DNA of 64,000 nucleotides from Desulforegulaceae bacterium (GTDB lineage Bacteria; Desulfobacterota; Desulfobacteria; Desulfobacterales; JACKCP01): positions 280,532 through 344,531 of the forward strand of contig JAVETN010000001.1 of NCBI GenBank assembly GCA_034006035.1, read 5' to 3'. The translations under genes and the position numbers were made by a program. How positions within the stretch are numbered: position 1 is the stretch's first letter; every line of letters begins with the position of its first letter. The notes under the pieces are model-generated. The model did not search any database. It worked only from the letters and a program-made list of their open reading frames with translations, and was not told where the DNA came from. Below, piece after piece: positions 8,316 to 17,862 of the stretch.

Positions 8316-8972
8316 TTACAAGAGCAGGCTATAATTTGCAAAAAGATTATAAATCATTATGTAATGAAAAACTGCTCCTAAAAGAACCATAAAATGGAAA
8401 AGCTCATGAAATCCAAAGACACCTGGGAAAAAACTGGGTTTTTTGACAGCATAAATTATTCCTCCGGCTGTAAATGCAGCAGCTCCTGCAAAAAGAAGGC
8501 TTTGCTGGGGGGTTGTCATATTGGAAAGAATTTGTTTTATTGGGAAAATTGCTGACCATCCCATGGCAAGATAAACGCTTGCGTAAAACACTCTTGGAGC
8601 TCTTGGAAAAAATATCTGGGAAATTAATCCAAAGCCTACAAGTCCCCATTGGATTCCAATCATTGCCCATCTCCAGGCACCTTCAAGGCAAAAATAACAA
8701 ACAGGGGTATATGTTCCAGCTATCATGAAAAAAATTGCAACCCTATCCATTTTTCTCCAGAAAGAAAGCTCGTTTTCCTCTTTTTTGAAAGCATGATAAA
8801 GGGTGCTTGCTGAAAAAAGAAAGATCACAGATAAAATATAAGCAAGGCATACTAAAAGAGAAGATGGAGAAGAGTCTGTTTGTTTAATAAGCAGGACTGC
8901 TCCTGCTGCAGCTGCAATAATTCCACCAAGGTGGGAATAAAAATTAACCCTTTCTGTTGACTTAAAAACCAT
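8316..8972 (-). CDS. Hemolysin-III / PAQR family 7-TM channel protein
   Basis: Family motifs STLYHAF, DRVAIFFMIAGTYTP and ELFHFMVLLGAVFHY. Start moved to ATG 8972, which is preceded by GGAGGA; the listed TTG 8984 overlaps that SD. Confidence 0.85.
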   Translation of the reverse strand: MVFKSTERVNFYSHLGGIIAAAAGAVLLIKQTDSSPSSLLVCLAYILSVIFLFSASTLYHAFKKEENELSFWRKMDRVAIFFMIAGTYTPVCYFCLEGAWRWAMIGIQWGLVGFGLISQIFFPRAPRVFYASVYLAMGWSAIFPIKQILSNMTTPQQSLLFAGAAAFTAGGIIYAVKKPSFFPGVFGFHELFHFMVLLGAVFHYIMIYNLFANYSLLL

Positions 8973-9422
8973 TTTTTCCTCCAAACTAATGACAAGCGAT
9001 CAAAATTATATATAATTCGCTGTTAAAATAAAAAGCAAAATAAAAAAATCAGAATTATAAACCTTAAGGATATAAACAAATAAGGTATTCTTTGGGGAAA
9101 ATACAGGGCAAAATTTAATATTACAATTGTTTTACAAAGCTTTGTTTTATTTGGTTTTAAAAAAATAATTAGAAATGCTCAAAAGGGCAGTGGTCTTATT
9201 TAATAAAAAACCCCTTAATTCAGGCTGAAATTTTATTAATTCATAAAAGATATATTTTTTCATGGCAAATCTTTTATAAATTTTTTATTATTTAAAGTTT
9301 TGAAAATTATGGCTTTTAAAATTGTGAGCTTAAGTATTTCCTGGATATAATTTTATTTATGAATTCAGGAGTTGTTTTTTTAATAAAGAATTAATCTTTT
9401 AGATCAGGAGAATTTTTTTACA

Positions 9423-10529
9423 ATGTTAAACTGCGGTATTGTGGGGCTTCCCAATGTTGGTAAATCAACTATTTTTTCAGCTTTGACTTCAGCCCCTGCC
9501 GAGGCGGCAAATTATCCTTTCTGCACCATAGAGCCTAATATAGGCATAGTTAATCTCCCGGACCCAAGGCTTGAAAAAATAAGCAAAATCTTTAAACCTG
9601 AAGCCACTATTCCTGCCAGTGTGGAGTTTGTGGATATTGCAGGGCTTGTAAAGGGAGCATCAAAAGGCGAAGGACTTGGAAATCAGTTTCTTGGAAACAT
9701 AAGGCAGGTAGGTGCAATTTTGCATGTTGTTAGATGTTTTGAAGATGATGATGTTACCCATGTTCATGGAAAAGTTGATCCAGCTGATGATATAGAGGTT
9801 ATAAATACAGAGCTTGCCCTTGCAGATTTGGAAACTGTTGAAAAACGAGTGTTTAACCTTCCCAGAATGAAAAAAAATCACGATAAAAAAATATCTGAAA
9901 AGGCAAAATTTCTTGAACCGATTCTTGAAAAAGTTTCTGAAGCACTTGAAAGGGGTTTTCCTGCCAGATCAGTAGATTTGGAGGAAAAAGAGCTGGAAGC
10001 TTTGAAAGATCTTCATCTCATTACAATGAAGCCGGTATTGTATTGTTGTAATGTGGATGAATCAGGGCTTGAAAAAGAACCCTTGTCAGTACAAAAAGTA
10101 AGAGAACTTGCAAAAGAGGAAAATTCTGAAATTGTAGTTATCAGTGGAAAAATTGAAGCTGAAATAGCATCTCTTGGTGATCTTGAAGAAAGAAAAGAGT
10201 TTTTAAAAGAAATGGGGCTTTCAGAATCAGGGCTTTCAAAAATGATAAGAAGTACTTTTAATCTTCTTGGACTTTCAACATATTTTACAGCTGGAGAAAA
10301 ACAAGTAAAAGCATGGACATTTAAAACAGGAATCAGGGCTCCCCAGGCTGCAGGAATTATTCACAGTGATTTTGAAAGGGGATTTATCAAGGCGGAAGTG
10401 TATTCCTGCGATGATCTTTTTAAATTTGGCTCTGAAGCAAAAATTAAGGAAGTGGGCAAAATGAGGATTGAGGGAAAGGAATATATAGTAAAAGACGGGG
10501 ATCTTGTTCACTTCAGATTTAATGTTTAG
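9423..10529 (+). CDS. ychF: Ribosome-binding ATPase YchF
   Basis: P-loop GIVGLPNVGKST, FCTIEPN, DIAGLVKGASKGEGLGNQFL, and the C-terminal IHSDFERGFIKAEV TGS-like end. 368 aa. Confidence 0.95.
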   Translation: MLNCGIVGLPNVGKSTIFSALTSAPAEAANYPFCTIEPNIGIVNLPDPRLEKISKIFKPEATIPASVEFVDIAGLVKGASKGEGLGNQFLGNIRQVGAILHVVRCFEDDDVTHVHGKVDPADDIEVINTELALADLETVEKRVFNLPRMKKNHDKKISEKAKFLEPILEKVSEALERGFPARSVDLEEKELEALKDLHLITMKPVLYCCNVDESGLEKEPLSVQKVRELAKEENSEIVVISGKIEAEIASLGDLEERKEFLKEMGLSESGLSKMIRSTFNLLGLSTYFTAGEKQVKAWTFKTGIRAPQAAGIIHSDFERGFIKAEVYSCDDLFKFGSEAKIKEVGKMRIEGKEYIVKDGDLVHFRFNV

Positions 10530-10591
10530 GTTTTATTATGTTAAAATTTATATGTTAAGAATTTAATTCTAAATTACAGGAGGTCTTTTTA

Positions 10592-11857
10592 ATGTCAAAA
10601 GAAAATTTAAATCCACTGGATAATGCCAAGGCACAAGTTAAAAAAGCTTGTGATGCATTGAGCCTGGGACCAGACGTTTACGAATTATTTCAAGAACCAA
10701 TGAGAATGATCGAGGTTTCAATTCCAGTTAGAATGGATGATGGGAAATTAAAAGTGTTTAAGGGGTACAGAGCATTGCACAATGATGCTATTGGGCCTGG
10801 AAAAGGCGGAATAAGATTTCACCCGGGAGTTAATCCAGATGAAGTTAAAGCCTTGTCTGTATGGATGACATTTAAATGCGGAGTTATGGACGTTCCTTAT
10901 GGTGGAGGAAAAGGAGGAGTAACTGTTGATGCTCTTAAATTATCCCAGGGTGAACTTGAAAGATTAGCCAGAGGTTATATCCGTGGAGTTTATAAATATT
11001 TAGGAGAAAAAATAGATATTCCTGCTCCAGATGTTGGTACCAACGGGCAGGTAATGGCCTGGATGGTAGACGAGTATATCAAGCTTACCGGAGAAAACAA
11101 TATGGGTGTGCTAACTGGAAAGCCGGTACCTTGGGGTGGATCTTTAGGAAGAAACGAAGCTACAGGATTTGGAGTAAGCGTTATTGCAAGAGAAGCAGCT
11201 AAAAAAATTGGTGTCGATATTACCAAAGCTAAAGTTTCAATCCAGGGTTTTGGTAATGTAGGCAGATATTCAGCTAAAAACATAGAGCGGCAGGGAGCTA
11301 AGATCGTTGCTATAGCTGAATGGGCTCCCTCAGTTGGAACTTACGCTATTTACAATGAAAATGGACTGGATTTCCAGGATATGGCTGACTATATTGACCA
11401 AAATAAAAATTTAGCAGACTATCCAAAAGCAAAAATGATTTCTTTGGATGAATTCTGGAATTTAGAAGTTGATATATGTTTACCCTCAGCCCTTGAAAAT
11501 GCAATTACAGAAAAAGAAGCAAAATCAATAAAAGCTAAATTGGTATGTGAAGCTGCAAATGGACCGGTTACTTCAGAAGCAGATTCAATACTTAAGGAAA
11601 AAGGAGTTGTAGTTACTCCAGATATATTAACAAATGCAGGTGGAGTAACAGTATCATATTTTGAATGGGTACAGAACAGATACGGCTATTACTGGTCAGA
11701 AAAAGAAGTAGAAGAAAAACAGGAAGAAAAAATGGTCAGTGCATTTAACGATATTTGGGCTTTAAGCGAAGAATATAAAGTTTCAATAAGAGATGCAGCT
11801 TACATGATTTCAGTTAAAAAAGTTGCAGATGTAATGAAATTAAGAGGCTGGTACTAG
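10592..11857 (+). CDS. gdh: Glutamate dehydrogenase (Glu/Leu/Phe/Val dehydrogenase family, ~420-aa type)
   Basis: Catalytic-lysine motif GPGKGGIRFHP, then PYGGGKGG and the Rossmann motif IQGFGNVG. An AGGAGG SD lies upstream. Confidence 0.93.
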   Translation: MSKENLNPLDNAKAQVKKACDALSLGPDVYELFQEPMRMIEVSIPVRMDDGKLKVFKGYRALHNDAIGPGKGGIRFHPGVNPDEVKALSVWMTFKCGVMDVPYGGGKGGVTVDALKLSQGELERLARGYIRGVYKYLGEKIDIPAPDVGTNGQVMAWMVDEYIKLTGENNMGVLTGKPVPWGGSLGRNEATGFGVSVIAREAAKKIGVDITKAKVSIQGFGNVGRYSAKNIERQGAKIVAIAEWAPSVGTYAIYNENGLDFQDMADYIDQNKNLADYPKAKMISLDEFWNLEVDICLPSALENAITEKEAKSIKAKLVCEAANGPVTSEADSILKEKGVVVTPDILTNAGGVTVSYFEWVQNRYGYYWSEKEVEEKQEEKMVSAFNDIWALSEEYKVSIRDAAYMISVKKVADVMKLRGWY

Positions 11858-12018
11858 ATAAAAAAAGATAATAAAAAACTGGTGCTATCCAAATAAATGG
11901 TCAGTTAATAGTAAATCAAAGTAATCTGGAGAAATTCAGTGGAAATCAACCATGGTTTCCCCTGACTGATTAAGCTCTAATCTTAATTGAGCCTGAAAAA
12001 TACTGGTTTAATATAAAA

Positions 12019-12052
12019 CCCGGCTTTTAATTTATAAAGCCGGGCTTTTATT
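12019..12052. terminator. Bidirectional hairpin terminator between gdh and the convergent NMO-like gene
   Basis: cccggcttt (12019-12027) pairs with aaagccggg (12036-12044). It is flanked by an A-run on the left and a T-rich run on the right. Confidence 0.7.
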
Positions 12053-12053
12053 T

Positions 12054-13031
12054 TTACCCCTGATTTTCAACTATTCCCATAAGCCGTGTTTTTATTATAT
12101 TTTCAGCATCAGCAATGATTCGTTTAATAAGTTCATCAACCAAAGGGATATCATTGATGATTCCAGCAACCATTCCTGCTGTCCATACTCCGTAATCAAG
12201 ATCTCCTGTTTCAAAAACTTTTTTACCTCTTATTCCGCTTACAAGAGGTGCAAGCTCTTCTATAGAGGCATTTCTTTTTTCCATTTCAATAATTTCTTTT
12301 GCAATTTTATTTTTATAAATTCTTGTTGTATTGTTAAGGGTGCGAAAAATTAGCTTGGTCTGGTTTTCATCTGCATTTACAAGGGCTTTTTTAACATTTT
12401 CGTGGACAGGGGCTTCTTTTGTAGCAAGAAATCTTGTTCCCATGTTTATTGCTTCAGCTCCAAGACTAAGTGCTGCAACAAGGCCTCTCCCATCGCCAAA
12501 ACCACCAGATGCAATTATTGGAATACTTAACTGATCTTTTGCCCTTGGAATCTGGATAAGGCCCGGAATATCATTTTCACCGGGATGTCCTGCACATTCA
12601 AATCCATTAAGGGTTACTGCACAGCAGCCAATTTTTTCTGCTTTTTTTGCGTGCTGAATTGTTGTGCATTTATGAATAACTTTTATGCCGGCTTCTTTGA
12701 AAATTGGCATTAACTCTTCAGGATTTTTTCCTGCTGTTTCAACAATTTTAACTCCTGATTTGGCAATTGCTTTTGCATATTCATTGTATGGAACTGGTTT
12801 TAAAGTAGGCAGGATTGTTAAATTAGCACCAATTGGCTTGTCTGTCATATCAAGGGCTCTTTTAATTTCTTTTAAAGCCTCTTCAGGTGTGGGGCTTATA
12901 AGGGTTGTTACAATTCCAAGTCCTCCTGCATTTGAAACAGCAGATGCAAGCTCAGGTGTTCCAACCCACTGCATCCCCCCCTGGATTATGGGATGTTTTA
13001 TCCCAAGCAATTTTGTAATTTTTGTTTGCAT
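12054..13031 (-). CDS. Nitronate monooxygenase / FabK-like FMN oxidoreductase (NMO family)
   Basis: LLGIKHPIIQGGMQWVG at the N-terminus and IIASGGFGDGRG FMN-phosphate segment, in a 325-aa TIM-barrel-typical layout. Confidence 0.8.
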   Translation of the reverse strand: MQTKITKLLGIKHPIIQGGMQWVGTPELASAVSNAGGLGIVTTLISPTPEEALKEIKRALDMTDKPIGANLTILPTLKPVPYNEYAKAIAKSGVKIVETAGKNPEELMPIFKEAGIKVIHKCTTIQHAKKAEKIGCCAVTLNGFECAGHPGENDIPGLIQIPRAKDQLSIPIIASGGFGDGRGLVAALSLGAEAINMGTRFLATKEAPVHENVKKALVNADENQTKLIFRTLNNTTRIYKNKIAKEIIEMEKRNASIEELAPLVSGIRGKKVFETGDLDYGVWTAGMVAGIINDIPLVDELIKRIIADAENIIKTRLMGIVENQG

Positions 13032-13470
13032 TTCTGTCTCCCTGATTTTAAGAAGGTTTGTTTTTGTTTCAAGATTTTAAGTTTTTGGTTTTTATTTTGT
13101 TGAGTTTTTTAATAAAATCTTTGTGGAATTAAAGCGTTTTTTGTTCAAATTTGTATTTTAAAGTTTTTTTAATTGCTAAACCATTAACAATCAATCTATA
13201 GCAGAAAAACACAGTCATTGCAGGTGTTTTTTCAGGCGGCTTCCATGAAAACTCTTGATATCCCCGGGATCAAATCATATAAAAAGATGACAAAAAATAT
13301 TGATAAAGGGATTTTTTCTAAATCCTGGGAAGCCTGTTCCAATACAAAGTTCAATCTTTTTGGTTAAAATTTAAAAAGATTAGTTCCAGCTTAAGGGAGC
13401 TTATTAAAATAACTCAGTTGGTTTTAGCAAAACAAAATGCTAAAAGGATTTAAAAAAATGGAGGAAGAAT

Positions 13471-14847
13471 TTGTCAGATCAGAAGTCAGATCCAAAAACA
13501 ACACTTTTAATAGTTTCCATAGCCCAGTTTTTTACCCCATATATGACATCTGCTGTTGGTGTGGCTATTCCTGCAATAGGAATGGAATTTAAAGCATCAG
13601 CTTTTGAGCTTGGCCTTATTCAAACAGCTTATATGCTCGGGATTTCACTTTTTTTAGTTCCTTCCGGAAGAATGGCAGATATTAAAGGAAGAAAAAAAGT
13701 TTATACTCTTGGAATCCTTCTTTTTACAATTACAACAGCTATAATTCTTTTTTCCAAAACCATGGTGTTTTTTATTGCACTTAGATTTTTGCAGGGTGCA
13801 GGTGCATCTTTAATAATGTCAACAAGTATTGCAATTTTGACTTCTGTTTTTCCTGCAAATAAACGAGGAAAGGCCATGGGAATAGTTGTTGCCTGTGTTT
13901 ATCTGGGGCTTTCAGCCGGCCCGGGCCTTGGAGGACTTCTTGTAACAGGAATAGGGTGGAGGTTTGTTTTTGTTCTTGTAATTCCTTTTCAGCTTATTGC
14001 CCTTTATCTTACTTTTTTTAAATTAAAAGGAGAATGGAAAGAAGCAGAAAATGAAAGGTTTGACTGGGGCGGAACCATAATTTATATGGCAGCTCTTTTT
14101 CTCCTTATTCTTGGTGCTACAAGACTTGATACCTCAGCCTGGGGAGTTTATCTTTTTATAGCAGGACTTCTTGGAGTTGTTGGTTTTGTTGTATTTGAAT
14201 CCTATGTTAAGTTTCCCATATTAAATGTTTTACTTCTTAGAAATAATAGAGTCTTTGCTCTGAGTAACCTTGCAACAATGATAAACTATGCCTCTTCTTT
14301 TGGGATCACTTTTCTTTTTGCTATTTATCTTCAAGTGATCAAAGGTTTTTCTGCCAGGGATGCCGGATTTATTCTCATAGCCCAGCCTGTTATCCAGGCA
14401 GTTTTTTCTCCTGTTATAGGAAGACTTTCAGATAGGTTTTCCTCTTCAAAACTTGCTACTTTGGGAATGGCAGTTTGTGCTGTTTCTTTATTTTTATGTT
14501 CTTTTGTCACTGAAACCACTTCCATAGTAAATATTTATTTGATTTTAATTATAATGGGAACAGGGTTTGCAATTTTTTCTTCTCCGAATATGAATGCGGT
14601 AATGAGCTCTGTTGAATCAAAATATTATGGATTTGCTGCAAGTTTTGTTGCAACAATGCGAACAATTGGAATGCTTGTAAGCATGACTTTTATTACTTTT
14701 CTTTTTTCTGTTTTAATGGGAGAGCTTGAAGTTTCCTATGAAACAAAGGATTTGTTTCTTGCTACCATGAAAATTTCTTTTATTCTTTTTTCAGGTTTAA
14801 GTGTTTTAGGAGTGTTTTGTTCCATGGGGCGGATTAGTAAAAACTAA
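13471..14847 (+). CDS. MFS transporter (drug:H+ antiporter-like)
   Basis: The protein is highly hydrophobic with about 12-14 predicted helices. It has the MFS motif-A-like GRMADIKGRKKV after TM2. TTG start with a GGAGGA SD at 13459-13464. Confidence 0.8.
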   Translation: MSDQKSDPKTTLLIVSIAQFFTPYMTSAVGVAIPAIGMEFKASAFELGLIQTAYMLGISLFLVPSGRMADIKGRKKVYTLGILLFTITTAIILFSKTMVFFIALRFLQGAGASLIMSTSIAILTSVFPANKRGKAMGIVVACVYLGLSAGPGLGGLLVTGIGWRFVFVLVIPFQLIALYLTFFKLKGEWKEAENERFDWGGTIIYMAALFLLILGATRLDTSAWGVYLFIAGLLGVVGFVVFESYVKFPILNVLLLRNNRVFALSNLATMINYASSFGITFLFAIYLQVIKGFSARDAGFILIAQPVIQAVFSPVIGRLSDRFSSSKLATLGMAVCAVSLFLCSFVTETTSIVNIYLILIIMGTGFAIFSSPNMNAVMSSVESKYYGFAASFVATMRTIGMLVSMTFITFLFSVLMGELEVSYETKDLFLATMKISFILFSGLSVLGVFCSMGRISKN

Positions 14848-14887
14848 AACTAGTTGCTTGGAAATAATATAAGTTTCAAGTTATTGA

Positions 14888-15355
14888 TTAAAATGCAAAT
14901 TCTTCAACTTTGTTTTTGTAAATCAGGGAAATTTTTTTATTGAAATCAATAATTATCTTTTCAGGGTTTTTAAGATTTTCAGGATAAATAAGTTTGGGAG
15001 ATTTTATTGATATTTTTTTTAAGTCCATTGAGAAATAGCCATTTTGAGCTTTAAATGAAAGCTTTGTTTCTTTGTTTTTTTTAAAATCAACATAAACTTT
15101 GTCTGCTTTAAGTTTTTTTATCAAAGCGGTTTTAAAAAATCCAATTTTTTGTTTTTCAAAATAAACAGAATCTGCCTTAATTAAAAAAACATAATCTTTA
15201 TGGGTGGTAAATCTTTTAACCCTGGTAAGCACAGGGCCGTTCATCAGTTTTTCTTTTTCTGAAATATAATTTGTTTTGTAATAAAATTGGGAGCCAAAAA
15301 CTGGGGATATAATTAAAAAAATATAAAAAATTGAAAAGGATAGGATTTTTTTCAT
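14888..15355 (-). CDS. Hypothetical exported protein (signal peptide)
   Basis: MKKILSFSIFYIFLIISPVFGS looks like a Sec signal peptide. The rest is K-rich with no recognisable motif, and no SD precedes the ATG. Confidence 0.5.
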   Translation of the reverse strand: MKKILSFSIFYIFLIISPVFGSQFYYKTNYISEKEKLMNGPVLTRVKRFTTHKDYVFLIKADSVYFEKQKIGFFKTALIKKLKADKVYVDFKKNKETKLSFKAQNGYFSMDLKKISIKSPKLIYPENLKNPEKIIIDFNKKISLIYKNKVEEFAF

Positions 15356-15364
15356 GGTTAGTTT

Positions 15365-15391
15365 GGGGGGAGAATTTTCCCCCCTTTTTTT
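15365..15391 (+). terminator. Strong G6/C6 hairpin + T7 (terminator-shaped on the + strand) lying between two minus-strand genes
   Basis: gggggga (15365-15371) pairs with tcccccc (15378-15384), then T7 (15385-15391). On the minus strand the hairpin is followed by AAAC, not a U-run. Confidence 0.4.
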
Positions 15392-15397
15392 CTTTAT

Positions 15398-17794
15398 TTA
15401 ATAGAGTTTGAATTCAGCATAGCCATAGTTATTTAAATTATGTTCTAGATCCCAAAGGTCCATCACAACGTTTGTAACCATTTTGTCTTCTAGAAAATTC
15501 CAGTTGTTAATGTTAATAGCAAATTCTAATGATTTTCCAGAACTTTTTAATTCATAAGGTTTATCACTTAGGAATGAGTTCTTTTCATCAATTGATAATT
15601 TAGAATCATCATATGACCCGTCTACATGAAGATCTAAGTCTTTAGGGTCATCATATTGATAATTGTAATCAAAAGGTTTGTAGTAGTCTATATTTATATA
15701 AAAATTTGGGGAAACTTCCTTTTCATCATAAACATTAATTAAAAAGTTTAATTTGCTAGGTTCTAAGCTTTTAGCCATTTTTATTTCAATACCAAAATCT
15801 TTGAATACTGGAGAAATTTCTTTCCAGTCGTCAATTTTGCCGTCAATTGTTATTGAAGCTTTTTTTAGCTCTTTTGCAGGTATTTTCCACTCATAATCAA
15901 TTTCTTCTAAAGAATCTTTGGTAAGCTCAGGTGTTCCTGGTTCATATAAATCGGTTTCATTGTTAATTAGCTTTCTTAAATCAGTTTTTCCTTTAAAAAA
16001 ATCTGCAATAGTAAGTTCTTTTTCTCTAGCAAATGGATTTGGTTTGAACTCTGTCTCATATAATTCATGGGTAGCTGTGTAATATGCATAATCACCTATT
16101 ACTTTATATTTTTGTGAGTCTTTTTTTCTTTTATTGTCTACAAGAGTAAAAGATGCACTAGAATCAGACAGCACAGTTTCAAGATTTGATAATGTTACCC
16201 CTGCCAATTGTTTAAGCATTTCAATTTCAAGAGTGTTTGTTATATCAAAGGCATGCTGTGCTCTTGAATTTTTTGAAGGATCTGCGGGTAGTTCAATTCT
16301 ATTAATTGCTTCTTTAAATAACTTTGAAGCATTTAAAATATTTGTTTCTAAACTTGCTAGTTCATCATTTTTAGATTCTGAAAATGTTAGTAATTTTGGA
16401 TTGTTGTTGAAAAAAAGTTTATCTGCTAAATCTGAATCAATTAAATAATCATCATAGGTTAGATAATCATATTTTTCACCGTTTAATTCAAACTCCCAGT
16501 TTTCTACTTCAAGATTATGTGCTTGTAATAGATTTACACAAGCAAGTCCGCCTTCAACAAAAGCATGGATTAATAAAACATCTGTTTTATCAAACCTTAT
16601 AGTGTCAAATCCTGTAAGACTTAAAGTGAAAAATTCATCATCTGAAATTTTTATTTGATTAAGCTCATCTTTAAGAAGCTCAAGTTTTTTTTCAATGCTT
16701 TTAATTAAACTTTCGATGTTTTCTTTTCCTGAAGCTGTAAAAAGTGTTTTGACAAACTCTGAAATTTTTTCATTGATTCCCTCATCATTTAGATCAAAAA
16801 TGTCAAATTCCTTTTTTATCTTATCAACAAAAGGGTCATTATAAAGATTCAGAATAATAGCTATGGAGTTTATTAGGTGGGCTTCAGGTTCATCAGGCAT
16901 AGTATTCATAAAGTGTAGAAACTCATCAAGACTGCTTTCTATGTCTTCAAGCCTTAAATCGGTTTCATCTTTTTCAAATACTTTAATAAAATCTATTAAA
17001 GCCTTTTTTGCATCTGCAAGTGAGCCTGTTGGTTTAAAGCCTTTTTCAGCTGCAGTGATAGCTTCTGACAATGAATCTTTAGTCTTTTTAGCCCAGTCTT
17101 TGCTAGACTTATTGTTAGTTGTATATTCTTCTACTGCTGAATTAAGAGACTTTGCCTTATTGTTGAGTTGGCCGTTTTTTATGTCTTCAGACATCTCAGC
17201 CATTAACTTTCCCAGATCTTCAACTTCTTTAAGCATTTGAGAAATTCCGGCAAGAAGAAGGGTGTATTTTTTTTCAATCTCAGTTTTGGCCGTACCCTCA
17301 TCTTCTGGATCAAAAGGCATGACTGAAGTAATATCAGTAGTGTCATCTCCGACAAGCTGGCCTATTTTTTTATTTGAGGCTTTAATAATTTCAGGTTTTA
17401 GACCACCTGAATTTATAGCATCTTGTACAGCAATTTCTGTAAGCGGAGTGATTGAAGCTTTGGTTGTAGTTGAAGCATCTGCAATTGCAGCTCTTAGTTC
17501 AGTTTTTAGCTCAACTTTTTCGCCTGTTGCTTCATCTTTGTATTTTCCGCCTTTAGCTATTACAAGTACAGGCCCTGAATATGCTAAGTCAATTTTATAA
17601 TTACCACTTAAATCTGTAGTTGTGCTGCCAAGTTTTTCACCTGGTTTACCTTCATTGGTTATTTTGTAAAATGTTATTTCTGAGCCACTTAAAGGTCCTT
17701 TAGAGGCAACTCCTGATACTGAGGAAGATGAGGAGTCAGAACTGCTGCTAGAAGAGCACCCCAAAACCCAGGCTAGAAGAATTGCAATAATCAA
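15398..17794 (-). CDS. Large putative surface lipoprotein; N-terminus disrupted or phase-shifted relative to the upstream ATGs
   Basis: A lipobox (LLAWVLG-C) is followed by a poly-Ser linker. The beta-sandwich-like segment KGPLSGSEITFYKITNEG..STTTDLSGNYKIDL follows, then a long helical middle. The C-terminal ITIDGKIDDWKE is a CBM9/glucodextranase-like motif. Only a TTG start (17794) is in frame; see findings. Confidence 0.65.
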   Translation of the reverse strand: MIIAILLAWVLGCSSSSSSDSSSSSVSGVASKGPLSGSEITFYKITNEGKPGEKLGSTTTDLSGNYKIDLAYSGPVLVIAKGGKYKDEATGEKVELKTELRAAIADASTTTKASITPLTEIAVQDAINSGGLKPEIIKASNKKIGQLVGDDTTDITSVMPFDPEDEGTAKTEIEKKYTLLLAGISQMLKEVEDLGKLMAEMSEDIKNGQLNNKAKSLNSAVEEYTTNNKSSKDWAKKTKDSLSEAITAAEKGFKPTGSLADAKKALIDFIKVFEKDETDLRLEDIESSLDEFLHFMNTMPDEPEAHLINSIAIILNLYNDPFVDKIKKEFDIFDLNDEGINEKISEFVKTLFTASGKENIESLIKSIEKKLELLKDELNQIKISDDEFFTLSLTGFDTIRFDKTDVLLIHAFVEGGLACVNLLQAHNLEVENWEFELNGEKYDYLTYDDYLIDSDLADKLFFNNNPKLLTFSESKNDELASLETNILNASKLFKEAINRIELPADPSKNSRAQHAFDITNTLEIEMLKQLAGVTLSNLETVLSDSSASFTLVDNKRKKDSQKYKVIGDYAYYTATHELYETEFKPNPFAREKELTIADFFKGKTDLRKLINNETDLYEPGTPELTKDSLEEIDYEWKIPAKELKKASITIDGKIDDWKEISPVFKDFGIEIKMAKSLEPSKLNFLINVYDEKEVSPNFYINIDYYKPFDYNYQYDDPKDLDLHVDGSYDDSKLSIDEKNSFLSDKPYELKSSGKSLEFAININNWNFLEDKMVTNVVMDLWDLEHNLNNYGYAEFKLY

Positions 17795-17816
17795 AAGGTA
17801 AAAACAATTTTTTTTT

Positions 17817-17862
17817 CATTTTAATTCCTTTCATTTTAATTCCTTTCATTTTTAATTCCTTA
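17817..17862 (-). repeat. Three tandem 15/16-bp units, each a Shine-Dalgarno + ATG
   Basis: The minus strand reads TAAGGAATTAAAAATG / AAAGGAATTAAAATG / AAAGGAATTAAAATG, with ATGs at 17849, 17834 and 17819. An A9 tract (17816-17808) follows immediately. Confidence 0.9.

Noticed and set aside
12331-13080. Plus-strand ORFs (67 aa, 131 aa) overlapping the NMO-like gene
   Set aside because: They are antisense to a well-supported minus-strand CDS with conserved FMN-binding motifs. The 131-aa ORF also runs into the promoter region.
13081-13470. Possible riboswitch/sRNA or 40-aa ORF (13245-13367) in the ~440-bp spacer upstream of the MFS transporter
   Set aside because: The only long-range complementarity I found is 7 bp (ggcttcc 13237-13243 with ggaagcc 13328-13334), which is expected by chance. 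I recognised no known riboswitch core. The small ORF has only a weak GGCGG SD and no recognisable features. It could be revisited with covariance models.
17817-17862. 15-bp tandem repeats as a CRISPR array or minisatellite
   Set aside because: The units are contiguous with no spacers, only 15-16 bp long and present in only three copies. Each is an SD+ATG, so this is not a CRISPR array. It is treated instead as a duplicated initiation region.
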